Source: an uncultured Verrucomicrobiae bacterium
GTDB taxonomy: Bacteria > Verrucomicrobiota > Verrucomicrobiia > Chthoniobacterales > UBA10450
Length of the DNA stretch: 64,000 nt
Direction: 5' to 3'
NCBI GenBank assembly: GCA_963815455.1
Contig: CAWFGO010000001.1
Location: 192,001-256,000, forward strand
Shown: piece by piece, positions 46,878-57,278 of the stretch
Layout of the letters: every line of letters begins with the position of its first letter
Position numbering within the stretch: the stretch's first letter is position 1
Position numbers and translations under genes: made by a program
The notes under the pieces: generated by a model
The model's input: the letters and a program-made list of their open reading frames with translations, nothing else
Told to the model about the DNA's origin: nothing
Databases searched by the model: none

Positions 46878-48902
46878 ATGAGTTTTTTCGCTCAACTTAA
46901 ACAGCGCAAGCTGGTGCAATGGACCCTGGCTTATATCGCGGCGGCGTTCGCGCTTCTCCAGGGCATCGACATTGTCGCGCAGCGATTCGGCTGGCCCGAA
47001 CAAACGATGCGTCTCGTCATCATCGCGTTGAGTGTCGGCTTCTTCGTTACAATTGTCCTGGCGTGGTATCATGGAGAACGGGGCTCGCAGCGCGTGACCG
47101 GAACCGAACTCTTGATTCTGGCTCTCCTGCTGGCTATCGGCGGCGGCTTTCTCTGGCAGTTTGCCGGCACTTCGCACCAGCGGCTCGTTAGCCCCACTTC
47201 GACCGTGTCACCCGGGGGGCCCGCCGCGATCCCGCAGAAATCGATCGCGGTGTTGCCGTTCGAAAATCTAAGCGACGACAAGGGTGCCGCTTATTTCGCC
47301 GACGGCATTCAGGATGAAATCCTGACCAAGCTGGCCAGCATCGCCGATTTGAAAGTAATCTCGCGCACATCGACCGCGAAATACAAGAGCAAGCCGGAAG
47401 ATCTAAAGACAGTTTCGCAACAGCTTGGCGTCGCGACCGTTCTCGAAGGCAGTGTGCAAAAAGCGGCCGACAAGGTGCGCGTGAACGTGCAGCTTATCGA
47501 TGCCCGCGCCGATTCGCATCTTTGGGCCAAAACCTACGATCGCGACATCCGGGATGTCTTTGCCGTTGAAAGTGAAGTGGCGCAGGAGATCGCCGATTCA
47601 CTGAAAGCGAAATTGTCGCCCGCCGAGGCGAACACCGTGGCGAGCGCGCCGACGCAAGACACCGAGGCCTATGATCTCTTCCTCAAAGGCGAGTTCGAGC
47701 AGCGTGCCGCCAACAGCAATTTCCGGGCGGAATCATTCGACCAGGCAGTGCGCTGGTACAAGGACGCGATCGCGCGTGACCCGAACTTTGCCCTAGCGAT
47801 GGCGCAACTGGCGATCTGCCAGCTGCGTCGTCATTGGCTAACGGATCCATTAACCGAGGCGGAAGTGATGGACGCGGGCAAAATGGCAAAGCAGTCGCTG
47901 GCACTCGCTCCCGACCTTGCTGAATCGCATATCGCGGTCGGGCTGTTTCACTACTATGGGTTTCGCGAGTACGAGCCGGCTTTAACTGAATTTCAGCGCG
48001 CTCTTCAGCTCCAGCCTAACAACGCGCTGGCGCTCTCGTTTGTAGCTTTTGTGCATCGCCGGCAGGGTAAATGGCAGCTCACGCTGGACGAACTGAAGAA
48101 ATCATTCGAGCTCGACCCACGAAATCCCTACATCGTGGGAGGCCTGGCGGAGACCAATATCTTTCTGCGTCGTTGGAAAGAAGCCGAAGATTTTGCCCAG
48201 CGTGGGCTCACAATCGATCCACACGAATCCACCTGCATGCGCATGTTGCTGCTCAGTCATTTGAACGGCACCGGGAATGCGCCGGAAGCTTTGCGACTAC
48301 TCGCGACCTTCCCGCCGGACGACCTGTTGCTTCCTAATACCGGCATGTTTGCCATGGTCATCGGGACCCGGGGCGAAACGTTTGTTCTGGGCCGGGACTT
48401 CAAGGCGGCATTACAGTCATGCGAAATCGGGACAGCGGCTACGACCAACGAATGGCAACGGTTTGCCGCCAGAGCGGGGATCCGTATCCTGGCCGGCGAT
48501 GTTGCCGGGGCCCAGTCTGATGCCGAGAAAGCGCGCGAGTTACTAGAGGCGAGGCAGCACGATCATCCGCGCGACATTCGTTCGCTCAGAGCATTGAGCT
48601 GGGCTTACCTCGCCCTCAACCGCAAGACGGACGCGATCAACACCGCCCGACGAGCCGTCGAGTTAATACCGCTGGAGAAGGACGCGGTGCTCGGTTCCGG
48701 CAACCTGGCCGCCCTGGCTGAAATGCAGGCGCGAACCGGCGCAACTAAAGAAGCAGTGGAGAATCTGAAAAAACTTCTCTCCATCCCGGCGGGCGAGACC
48801 GTTTCCATCGCGCGCCTTAAGATCGATCCGGTCTGGGATCCGATTCGGAACGACCCCGGCTTTCAACAACTGCTCGCGATGAAGGAGCGCGTGGGACCCT
48901 AA
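46878..48902 (+). CDS. membrane-anchored TolB-like/TPR protein (array gene 3)
   Basis: LKQRKLVQW head, SIAVLPFEN, TPRs, DPVWDPIR tail. Confidence 0.85.
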   Translation: MSFFAQLKQRKLVQWTLAYIAAAFALLQGIDIVAQRFGWPEQTMRLVIIALSVGFFVTIVLAWYHGERGSQRVTGTELLILALLLAIGGGFLWQFAGTSHQRLVSPTSTVSPGGPAAIPQKSIAVLPFENLSDDKGAAYFADGIQDEILTKLASIADLKVISRTSTAKYKSKPEDLKTVSQQLGVATVLEGSVQKAADKVRVNVQLIDARADSHLWAKTYDRDIRDVFAVESEVAQEIADSLKAKLSPAEANTVASAPTQDTEAYDLFLKGEFEQRAANSNFRAESFDQAVRWYKDAIARDPNFALAMAQLAICQLRRHWLTDPLTEAEVMDAGKMAKQSLALAPDLAESHIAVGLFHYYGFREYEPALTEFQRALQLQPNNALALSFVAFVHRRQGKWQLTLDELKKSFELDPRNPYIVGGLAETNIFLRRWKEAEDFAQRGLTIDPHESTCMRMLLLSHLNGTGNAPEALRLLATFPPDDLLLPNTGMFAMVIGTRGETFVLGRDFKAALQSCEIGTAATTNEWQRFAARAGIRILAGDVAGAQSDAEKARELLEARQHDHPRDIRSLRALSWAYLALNRKTDAINTARRAVELIPLEKDAVLGSGNLAALAEMQARTGATKEAVENLKKLLSIPAGETVSIARLKIDPVWDPIRNDPGFQQLLAMKERVGP

Positions 48903-48905
48903 CAA

Positions 48906-51332
48906 GTGGCTACGTCATCCGAACAACCTTCCGATGTGAAGTTCGAGATCGGGCATGTCTTGTTCATCGACATTGTCGGTTACTCGAAGTTGCTGATCAA
49001 CGAACAGAGCGAGCAGATTCAAAAATTAAAACAGATCGTGCGCGGAACGGAGCAATTCCGCATCGCTGAAGCGGAAGGCAAACTGCTGCGGTTACCGACT
49101 GGCGACGGTGGCGCACTGGTTTTTCGAAACAGTCCGGAAGCGCCTGTTCTGTGCGCGCTTGAGATTAGCAAGGCGCTAAAAAATCATCCCGAACTTCACG
49201 TTCGCATGGGAATCCATAGCGGTCCGGTCAATGAAGTTGTCGATCTAAACGAACAAGCGAATATCGCCGGCGCTGGGATTAATATCGCGCAGCGTGTGAT
49301 GGATTGTGGCGATGCCGGCCACATTCTTCTTTCCGTCATGTCGCGGAAGATTTGGAACATTACCCGCGTTGGCGAATCTACCTGCATGAACTTAGGGGAA
49401 GTGCGAAGTAAAACATGGTGTCCAAATTACGCTGGTGAACTTCTGTTCGCAAGCGAAGTCGGCAACTCGGAGCTGCCGGCCAAGTTTCAGAACGCGAAAG
49501 ATGAAAAGTCGTGCGCTCGCGGCGCCGGAGAATCGCAGGAATCGTGCTTTTCATTTCTTGCTCGTATCCATATTGGCATTTGGTGCTGATGGCTGTTACT
49601 CCAGCGATTCGACAAGATGCGTCACTCAACGACCACGGGGGGAGTAGTCGGACATCTTTATCCCAGAAAAGAGTATAGCCGTTCTGCCATTCATAAACTT
49701 AAGTGAAGAGAAGGAGAACGCCTTCTTTGCGGATGGCATGCAGGACGAAGATGCTGACTGACTTGTCGCGTATTGCCGATCTCAAAGTGATCAGTCGTAC
49801 CAGCGTGATGCAATACAAGAATGCTGGCACGCGTAATCTGCGCGAGATCGCGAGGCCAACTCGGCGTAGTTTACTTCCTGGAAGGCAGTGTCCAGCGTGC
49901 CGCCGGAAAGGTAAGGGTGATCACGCAGCTAATCGATGCGCGAAGCGACAGCCATGTCTGGGCAAAGACGTTCGATAGCCCACTGGATGATATCTTTGCC
50001 GTGCAGAGCGAGATTGCTCAGACCATCGCACAACAGTTACACGCCCAAATTTCGCCGGAAGCCAAGGCCGCGATTGAAGAGAAACCGACAAAGGATCTGC
50101 TCGCGTATGATCTCTACCTGCAGGCCACTCAGCTTTGGCATAACATCGCCACCTCGAAAGACTGGGAAGGAGATAATCGCAAAGCAATCGAACTACTCGA
50201 ACGCGCGGTCCAGCGGGATCCCCAGTTTGCCATTGCTTACAGCTTACTCTCCCAACTGCACCGGAACCTTTACACGTGGAGCGACTTCAGTACCGCCAGA
50301 CTGGCTCAGGTGAAAGCGGCCCTCGACGCGGCGATACGTCTCGCGCCGGAAAAGGCCGAAACTTATATAGCCCGCGCCGGCTACGAAGGAGCTATTGACC
50401 ACGACTACGATGCCCAACTCAAGGATTTGACCCACGCCGCCGAGCTGCTTCCGGGCGATTCGGAGGTTCTGATCGATCTCGCTTCCGCCCAGCGACGCCA
50501 TGCCAGATGGGATGAGGCTGTGCGGACCATGGAAAAGGCGCGAGAGCTGGATCCCAGAGGACCAAATGTCCCAAACCATCTCACCACGCTTTATATGGAA
50601 TTGCGCAACTACCCCAAGTGTGACGAGGTCGCAGACGACGCGATCAAGGCCTTCCCAGATGCGCCGGGATATTTCCAAGCCGCGAAAGTGGAAAGCGCCC
50701 TGGCGCGCGGCGATACCAAACTGGCCCGGCAAAGACTGGCAGCCATTCCAAAAGAATGGGACCCAAGCGCCTATCGCTCGTTAATGGCCATAAACCTGGC
50801 TATGGCTGACCGAAACTATGAGGAAGCAAAGCAGCTTCTCGCGGGTCTGGATCGGAAGAAAGTAATCGCCGCTCTCGAGGTAAATCTTGCCGTTTGGGAG
50901 GCGCTGCTCGCGCGCGACCAGGGCGATCCCGCCAAGTCTAAGTCCATCCTTCAGCCATTGCGGGATGCCAGAGCGAAAATGGTGGAGGAGGCTCCGAACG
51001 ACACCGGATATTACGAAGAACTGAGTTTGCTCGACGCCTACCTCGGGCGTAAAGACGAGGCTCTGCGCGAAGCCGAGAAGGCGGTCCAGTTACGACCGAT
51101 TACCCGGGACGCGACTGGTGGTGCGGAAGTCCTTGGCAATCTTGCCCATATTTGTGCATTAACCGGTGATCATGACCGCGCAATTCAATTGCTCGAGCAG
51201 GTAGCGACAATTCCATACGGTCCTTCCTACGGAAACCTCCTCATGCCGGGCTGGGATGACCTGCGCGGCGATCCGCGCTTCGAGAAGATCGTCGCCTCGT
51301 TAGCGCCGAAGAAAGTCACTTCGAACAAATGA
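48906..51332 (+). pseudogene. class III cyclase + TolB-like/TPR gene (array gene 4), multiply frameshifted at 49330-49860
   Basis: Cyclase motifs run to GHILLS. RHVAEDL, CEVKHG, EVGNSELP, PEKSIAVLPF and DLKVISRTS then appear in alternating frames. The TPR half is intact. Confidence 0.75.
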
Positions 51333-53452
51333 AGATCGACAATGGAACCGGCGGGAGCCGAGAGACATCGACGGGAAAGCCCGGCAGGGTTGACGAGCGG
51401 GGACGTGAGTCAATCAATTTCTTTGCCGAACTAAAGCGGCGCAACGTTTACAAGGTTGCGGTCGCCTACATTGTAGCGGGATGGGCGCTGTCGCAGGGAA
51501 TTGCACAGGTCCTTCCGATTTTCGATGTTCCGATCTGGTTCGTTCGATCGATTGTCCTGCTAATCATTCTCGGTCTGCCAATCGCGCTGGTTCTGGCCTG
51601 GATGTTTGAGATAACACCGGAAGGAATCAAACGAACCGAAACCGCCGATGCGATGCCCACGGCGACGCGAAAAAAGAAGCACACCTGGATTTACGTCGTT
51701 GCAGCAGGTGCGGTCCTCTCCATCGGTCTTTTCCTACTCGGTCGATACACCGGTCAGAATGTCGCGAGTGCGGCTCGCACCGAGGCGACTGCAAGTTCAT
51801 CGATTCCGCAAAAATCGATCGCGGTGTTGCCCTTCGAAAACCTGAGCAGCGACAAGGAGAACGCGTACTTCGCGGATGGCATTCAGGAAGAAATCCTAAC
51901 GCGGCTCGCCAAGATCGCGGATTTGAAAGTGATCTCGCGCACTTCAACTCAGCAGTATCAGAGCAAGCCCGGCAATCTCGCCGAGATCGCAAAGCAACTG
52001 GGTGTCGCGAACATCCTGGAAGGCAGTGTCCAGAAAGCGGCGGATCAGGTGCGCGTCAACGTCCAACTCATCCGGGCGGCCACCGATTCGCATCTGTGGG
52101 CCGATACCTACGACCGCAAACTGGTCGATATCTTCGGTGTCGAGAGCGAAGTCGCGAAAGCAATCGCCGACGCGCTCCAAGCGAAGCTTACCGGCGGCGA
52201 GCGGCAAGCGCTCGGGGTGAAGCCGACCAACAATTCAGAGGCTTACGACGCGTATCTCCGGGGGTTGGCTCTTGAAGCACGCGTATCCGCTCCAAACGAT
52301 TTTGAGAAGGTCGTCGGCTTTTACCAGCAGGCGGTGCAGCTCGACCCAGTTTTTGCGCTCGCCTGGGCCAGACTCTCTCGTGCAAACGCTCACGCGTATT
52401 TCGCCGGTGTAGATACGACTCGCGCCGCTCGCCGTGAGGCGACGGAGCGGGCCTTAAACACCGCGCAGAAACTCCAACCAAACTCGCCCGAGACCCTGCT
52501 CGCGCAAGCTTACTATCAATATTGGGTGTTGCGGAATTACGAGATTGCCAAAGCGACGTTCGGGCGCGTCCGGGAGCTTTTGCCGGGTAGCAGCGATGTC
52601 CCTGCCGCTCTCGCCCTAATCGCCCGACGACAAGGGCGCTGGGATGAAAGCGTTGCCTACTGGGAGCAAACCCTTGCGCTCGATCCGCGTAACACTGAAT
52701 GGCTTGGAAGCGTCGGAGAGACTTACGCAATGCTTCGGCGATTCCCAGCTGCGCTAAAAATATACGATAGATTGTTGGACATCGTTCCGAATGACTCCAC
52801 CGCCGTCGCGTTCGAAGCAAAAATTTATCAGGCCGAGGGCAATTTGGAACAAGCCGGGAAATTGTTGGCTGGCGTAAACGCGCAGACCCCTTCGTTTCTG
52901 GCCTTCATAACGAAGTTGAACCAATTATTTTTTGAGCGCGATTTCGACGAAGCCATCCGATTGATTCATGGCCGACGCACTGAATCTCGCGACCTGTCCG
53001 AGATCGAAAGGCTCCTTAATCCATTCTTTCTAGTCGCCGCCCAGGAATTTGCCGGGGATATTGCCGGAGCGCGAGCCACTGCTCAACAACTGTTGCCTAC
53101 GCTGGAAACGCTCCGCCAAAAGGCCCCGGATAACCCTGATCTTGAGACAGCGCTTTCGTTCATTCATGCTGTGCTCGGCCAGAAAGATGCAGCGATAAAG
53201 GAAGCTGAGCGCGCGATCACGCTGCTGCCAAGTGCGAAGGACGCAGTAGATGGACCCAAGTACGAGGAAAATTTGGCGGCGATCGAGGCAATGGTCGGCG
53301 ACAAAGACCGCGCGATTCCAGGGCTGCAGCACCTTTTGGAGATTCCGTATACCAACTTCCTTACGCCCGCGCTTCTAATGTTCGATCCGCAATGGGACCC
53401 GTTGCGTAACGACCCGCGTTTCCGGAAACTCTGCGAAGACAAGACAAAGTGA
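51329..53452 (+). CDS. membrane-anchored TolB-like/TPR protein (array gene 5)
   Basis: ATGA overlap; FFAELKRRN head after a 24-aa insert; SIAVLPFEN; DPQWDPLR tail. Confidence 0.85.
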   Translation: MKIDNGTGGSRETSTGKPGRVDERGRESINFFAELKRRNVYKVAVAYIVAGWALSQGIAQVLPIFDVPIWFVRSIVLLIILGLPIALVLAWMFEITPEGIKRTETADAMPTATRKKKHTWIYVVAAGAVLSIGLFLLGRYTGQNVASAARTEATASSSIPQKSIAVLPFENLSSDKENAYFADGIQEEILTRLAKIADLKVISRTSTQQYQSKPGNLAEIAKQLGVANILEGSVQKAADQVRVNVQLIRAATDSHLWADTYDRKLVDIFGVESEVAKAIADALQAKLTGGERQALGVKPTNNSEAYDAYLRGLALEARVSAPNDFEKVVGFYQQAVQLDPVFALAWARLSRANAHAYFAGVDTTRAARREATERALNTAQKLQPNSPETLLAQAYYQYWVLRNYEIAKATFGRVRELLPGSSDVPAALALIARRQGRWDESVAYWEQTLALDPRNTEWLGSVGETYAMLRRFPAALKIYDRLLDIVPNDSTAVAFEAKIYQAEGNLEQAGKLLAGVNAQTPSFLAFITKLNQLFFERDFDEAIRLIHGRRTESRDLSEIERLLNPFFLVAAQEFAGDIAGARATAQQLLPTLETLRQKAPDNPDLETALSFIHAVLGQKDAAIKEAERAITLLPSAKDAVDGPKYEENLAAIEAMVGDKDRAIPGLQHLLEIPYTNFLTPALLMFDPQWDPLRNDPRFRKLCEDKTK

Positions 53453-55512
53453 GCTCACGCAATTTTTTCGGAGAACTGAAGCGGCGCAATGTTTACAAGG
53501 TTGCCGTCGCGTATGCCGTCGTTGGCTGGCTGCTCATTCAGGTCGCTACGCAGGTTTTTCCATTTCTCGACATTCCAAATTCGGTTGTGCGATGGGTCAT
53601 TGTATCGGTGGCGATTGGGTTTCCAATCGCCCTGTTCGCGGCATGGGCGTTTGAACTGACGCCCGAAGGTTTGAAACGCACGGAAGATGTCGATCCTGCA
53701 GCTTCGGCGCACCAGCCAAAAAAGCAGACCTGGATTTTTGTCGTGATCGTCGGAGCTATTCTTTCCATCGGATTGTTTTTTGTCGGCCGCTACACGGCTC
53801 CGAATACCAGCAGCGCGTCGCAACCGCCTGCCAAATCGATCGCGGTATTGCCGTTCGAAAATCTGAGTGCCGACAAAGACAACGGCTACTTCGCGACTGG
53901 AATGCAGGACGAAATCCTCACGCGCCTGGCTGGTATTCGCGATCTCAAGGTGATCTCGCGCACCTCGACCGAACAATACGCCAGCCGTCCGCCGAATTTG
54001 AAAATCGTGGCCGAACAACTGGGCGTGGCGACGGTGCTCGAGGGCAGCGTGCAGAAGGCCGGGAATGCTCTTCATATCAACGTGCAGCTGCTCGATGCGC
54101 GCAGTGACAGTCATCTCTGGGCGCAGAGTTACGACCGCGACCTGAAGGATATCTTCGGGGTGCAGCGCGATGTGGCGCAGAATGTCGCCGATGCCTTGAA
54201 GGCGCATTTAGTCCCGGCGGAGTCGGCTCGCATCGCCAGCGTGCCAACGCAGAATCCCGAAGCCTACGATCTCTACCTGCGCGGCAATGCTCACTATCAG
54301 CGCGCATATGATCAAAGCGCGCTGACCTCCAGGGAGATGCCACTGGCGATTGAGGCGTATCAACAGGCGCTGGCGAAGGATCCAAACTTCGCGGTTGCCG
54401 CGGCGATGTTAGCGCAAACGCATATGCGGATTTATTGGCTATTGCCCGACCGGACCGAGGCTCGATTGGCTGCCGCCAAGGCGGCGGCGGACCAGGCCCT
54501 GGCTCTGCAACCGGACCTGGGCGAGGCGCACGTGGCGCTTGGAACCTACTGGTACTACGGTCATCGCGACTACGCGCAGGCTTTACTGCAACTCGATCTC
54601 GCGCAAAAATCCCTGCCCAACAGCGCCACCGTCGAGCTCTATGTCGGGGCCATCTTGCGACGCCAGGGTCAATGGGACGACGCCATCACTCATATGCAAC
54701 GGGCGATCGCGCTCGATCCGCGAAGCAGTCTATCCATTGATCAATTGGCTATCGTCTATCAGACTTTGCGTCGTTACGCCGAGGCCGAGCCGGTGTTCGC
54801 GCGGGCCGTTGCTGTAACCCAGGACCCGACTGACGAACAGATCACGCAAGCCTTTAACTATGTGGTCTGGAAAGGTGACCTCGCTCCAATGCGCGCTGCG
54901 GTCGCCTCCCTCACCGTCGGGGGCGCCGACTATTCCGGGAATGCGCTGTCCGTATTCCAACTCAGTTGGTGGTCGCGTAATTTCTCGGGAGCGGCAAAGG
55001 TGGCGGAAAATGATATGCAGGCCAACTGGGCCGATCAAAGCAACGTCACTTTGCCTCGGCGTTTATATCTCGCGTTCGCCTATCAGGCCGGCGGAGATAA
55101 GGCAAAGGCACAGCCACTTTACGCTGAGGTCCGCGCGCAAATGCAAACCGTTTTGGTCCAGCGTCCCGACGATCCCGATCTGCATCTGGCCCTCGGCTTC
55201 GCCGCCGCTGGGCTGGGACTCAAGGACGAGGCGATACGTGAGGGACGCAAAGCCACTGCTCTGATGCCAGTGAGTCGCGACGGTTACAGTGGTCCGGGCT
55301 ACCTTGTTCAGTTAGCGCAGATCTACCTGCGCGTGGGCGAAAACGATCAAGCGATCGATACGTTGCGTGAAGTGCTGGCTTTGCCGTCGGGCGGCGTTGC
55401 CATTTCGCCCGCCTTGATCAACCTGGATCCCATCTGGGATCTGCTGCGCAACGATCCGCGCTTCCGGAAGCTGACACAATCGAAGGCGGCGGGCGAAAAA
55501 AATTCAAAATGA
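53449..55512 (+). CDS. membrane-anchored TolB-like/TPR protein (array gene 6)
   Basis: GTGA overlap; same architecture; DPIWDLLR tail. Confidence 0.85.
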   Translation: MSSRNFFGELKRRNVYKVAVAYAVVGWLLIQVATQVFPFLDIPNSVVRWVIVSVAIGFPIALFAAWAFELTPEGLKRTEDVDPAASAHQPKKQTWIFVVIVGAILSIGLFFVGRYTAPNTSSASQPPAKSIAVLPFENLSADKDNGYFATGMQDEILTRLAGIRDLKVISRTSTEQYASRPPNLKIVAEQLGVATVLEGSVQKAGNALHINVQLLDARSDSHLWAQSYDRDLKDIFGVQRDVAQNVADALKAHLVPAESARIASVPTQNPEAYDLYLRGNAHYQRAYDQSALTSREMPLAIEAYQQALAKDPNFAVAAAMLAQTHMRIYWLLPDRTEARLAAAKAAADQALALQPDLGEAHVALGTYWYYGHRDYAQALLQLDLAQKSLPNSATVELYVGAILRRQGQWDDAITHMQRAIALDPRSSLSIDQLAIVYQTLRRYAEAEPVFARAVAVTQDPTDEQITQAFNYVVWKGDLAPMRAAVASLTVGGADYSGNALSVFQLSWWSRNFSGAAKVAENDMQANWADQSNVTLPRRLYLAFAYQAGGDKAKAQPLYAEVRAQMQTVLVQRPDDPDLHLALGFAAAGLGLKDEAIREGRKATALMPVSRDGYSGPGYLVQLAQIYLRVGENDQAIDTLREVLALPSGGVAISPALINLDPIWDLLRNDPRFRKLTQSKAAGEKNSK

Positions 55513-57278
55513 ACGAATTCCTGCAGCGCCTAAAGCAGCGCAAACTGGTGCAGTGGACGGTGGCCTATGTTGCGGCTGCGTTCGCGCTCCTCCAGGGCGT
55601 CGACATTGTCGCGCAGCGATTCGGCTGGCCCGAACAAACGATGCGCCTCGTCATCGTCGTGCTGAGCGTGGGCCTTTTCATCACGCTGGTTTTGGCCTGG
55701 TATCACGGAGAACGCGGCGCGCAACGCGTGACCGGGACCGAGCTGCTGATTCTTGCCTTGTTGCTGGCGATCGGCGGCGGTTTTCTCTGGCGATTTGCCG
55801 GCGCTTCGCGATCGATCGCGGCGCAGCCACCTTCAGAATCCAAATCAGCCGTCAACGCCAAGTCCGTTGCCGTACTCGCGTTCGCCAATCTTAGCGACGA
55901 TAAGGGCAGCGAATATTTTTCCGACGGCATCAGTGAGGAATTACTAACTGTGCTGCAAAAAATTCCCGGCCTACACGTGGCTGCGCGCACATCGGCGTTT
56001 TCTTTCAAAGGCAAAAACGCGACCGCGCAGGAGATCGGGCAGAAGCTTGGCGTGGCGCACCTGGTCGAGGGAAGTGTGCGCAAGGCGGGCGACGTCGTGC
56101 GCATCGCAGCCCGGCTCACCCAGGCCAATACCGGCGAAGAAGTCTGGTCGGAAAATTACACACGCAATTTGAAAGATGTGTTCGCGGTCCAAACCGAACT
56201 CGCGCAGACGATCGTCGAACAATTGCGCGGTCGATTTGCTGCAACGGATGCAGGGCCGACGGCAAAAGAAAAGATTCACGCGGAGGTGCAGGCGGCAGAA
56301 AAGGGCGGAACGAAAAACGTCGAAGCGCACGAATCCTATTTGCAAGGCCGTTTTTTTGCCAACCGCCACTCAGAAAAAGAAACGGACCAAGCCCTTGTCG
56401 CTTATGAACGGGCAGTGAAGCTGGATCCCAAATTCGCGCTCGCGTGGGCGGGGTTAGCCCAGACTCACGTCTGGAATTGCAACTATGCCACGGAGGGAGG
56501 CCAAAAAGGCTTCAACGCTCATCTGGCCGCCGCGCGCGAGGCCGTGGAACGAGCGCTTTCCTTCGAACCCGACCTGCCGGACGCGCTGTATCCAAAGGCG
56601 ATGATCGAAACAAATTTTGATTATGATTGGAAAGGTGCGGCCGAGACATTGCGCAAGGCCCTTGCTCTGGCCCCACAAGATCCGGCGCTGTTGATGGAGG
56701 CAGGAAATCTTGCGCAAGCTCGCGGCGAAACCACCCAGAGTCTCGATCTTTTCCGGCGGGCGGTTGCCTTGGACCCGGTGAATGCCCAAGCTCGGGCGTT
56801 TCTCGCGGGCAGTTTATCGGTCTCGGGGAAGCAGGAGGAAGCGCGGACGGAATACGCCCGCGAGATTGAGTTGAACCCGTCAGCACCGAATTCCCATGCC
56901 GGTGTAGGCTTGACTTATCTTTTGGAAGGCAAATTTGAAGAAGCGGCGGTGGCTGCGCAAAAGGACGCGGCCGATTGGGCACGACTCCTCATCGTGAGCT
57001 GCGCGCGCTGGAGCCAAAAGCGAGTTCCCGAGTCTGATGCAGCGCTTGGGGAGTTGATCGCAAACACCGGCGAAACCGGCGCCTACCAGATTGCTGAAGT
57101 CTACGGATATCGGAATGACAAGGATCATGCCTTCGAATGGTTGGAGCGCGCGCGCCGGCAACGCGATGCCGGTCTGCCCGTTTTGCGCGCAGATACATTG
57201 CTCCCTAATCTTCACGGCGATCCGCGGTGGGATTCATTTTTGCGCAAGATGGGCCTGGCCGACGACCAATTAAAATGA
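55509..57278 (+). CDS. membrane-anchored TolB-like/TPR protein (array gene 7)
   Basis: ATGA overlap; LKQRKLVQW head; SVAVLAFAN; TPRs. Confidence 0.85.
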   Translation: MNEFLQRLKQRKLVQWTVAYVAAAFALLQGVDIVAQRFGWPEQTMRLVIVVLSVGLFITLVLAWYHGERGAQRVTGTELLILALLLAIGGGFLWRFAGASRSIAAQPPSESKSAVNAKSVAVLAFANLSDDKGSEYFSDGISEELLTVLQKIPGLHVAARTSAFSFKGKNATAQEIGQKLGVAHLVEGSVRKAGDVVRIAARLTQANTGEEVWSENYTRNLKDVFAVQTELAQTIVEQLRGRFAATDAGPTAKEKIHAEVQAAEKGGTKNVEAHESYLQGRFFANRHSEKETDQALVAYERAVKLDPKFALAWAGLAQTHVWNCNYATEGGQKGFNAHLAAAREAVERALSFEPDLPDALYPKAMIETNFDYDWKGAAETLRKALALAPQDPALLMEAGNLAQARGETTQSLDLFRRAVALDPVNAQARAFLAGSLSVSGKQEEARTEYAREIELNPSAPNSHAGVGLTYLLEGKFEEAAVAAQKDAADWARLLIVSCARWSQKRVPESDAALGELIANTGETGAYQIAEVYGYRNDKDHAFEWLERARRQRDAGLPVLRADTLLPNLHGDPRWDSFLRKMGLADDQLK

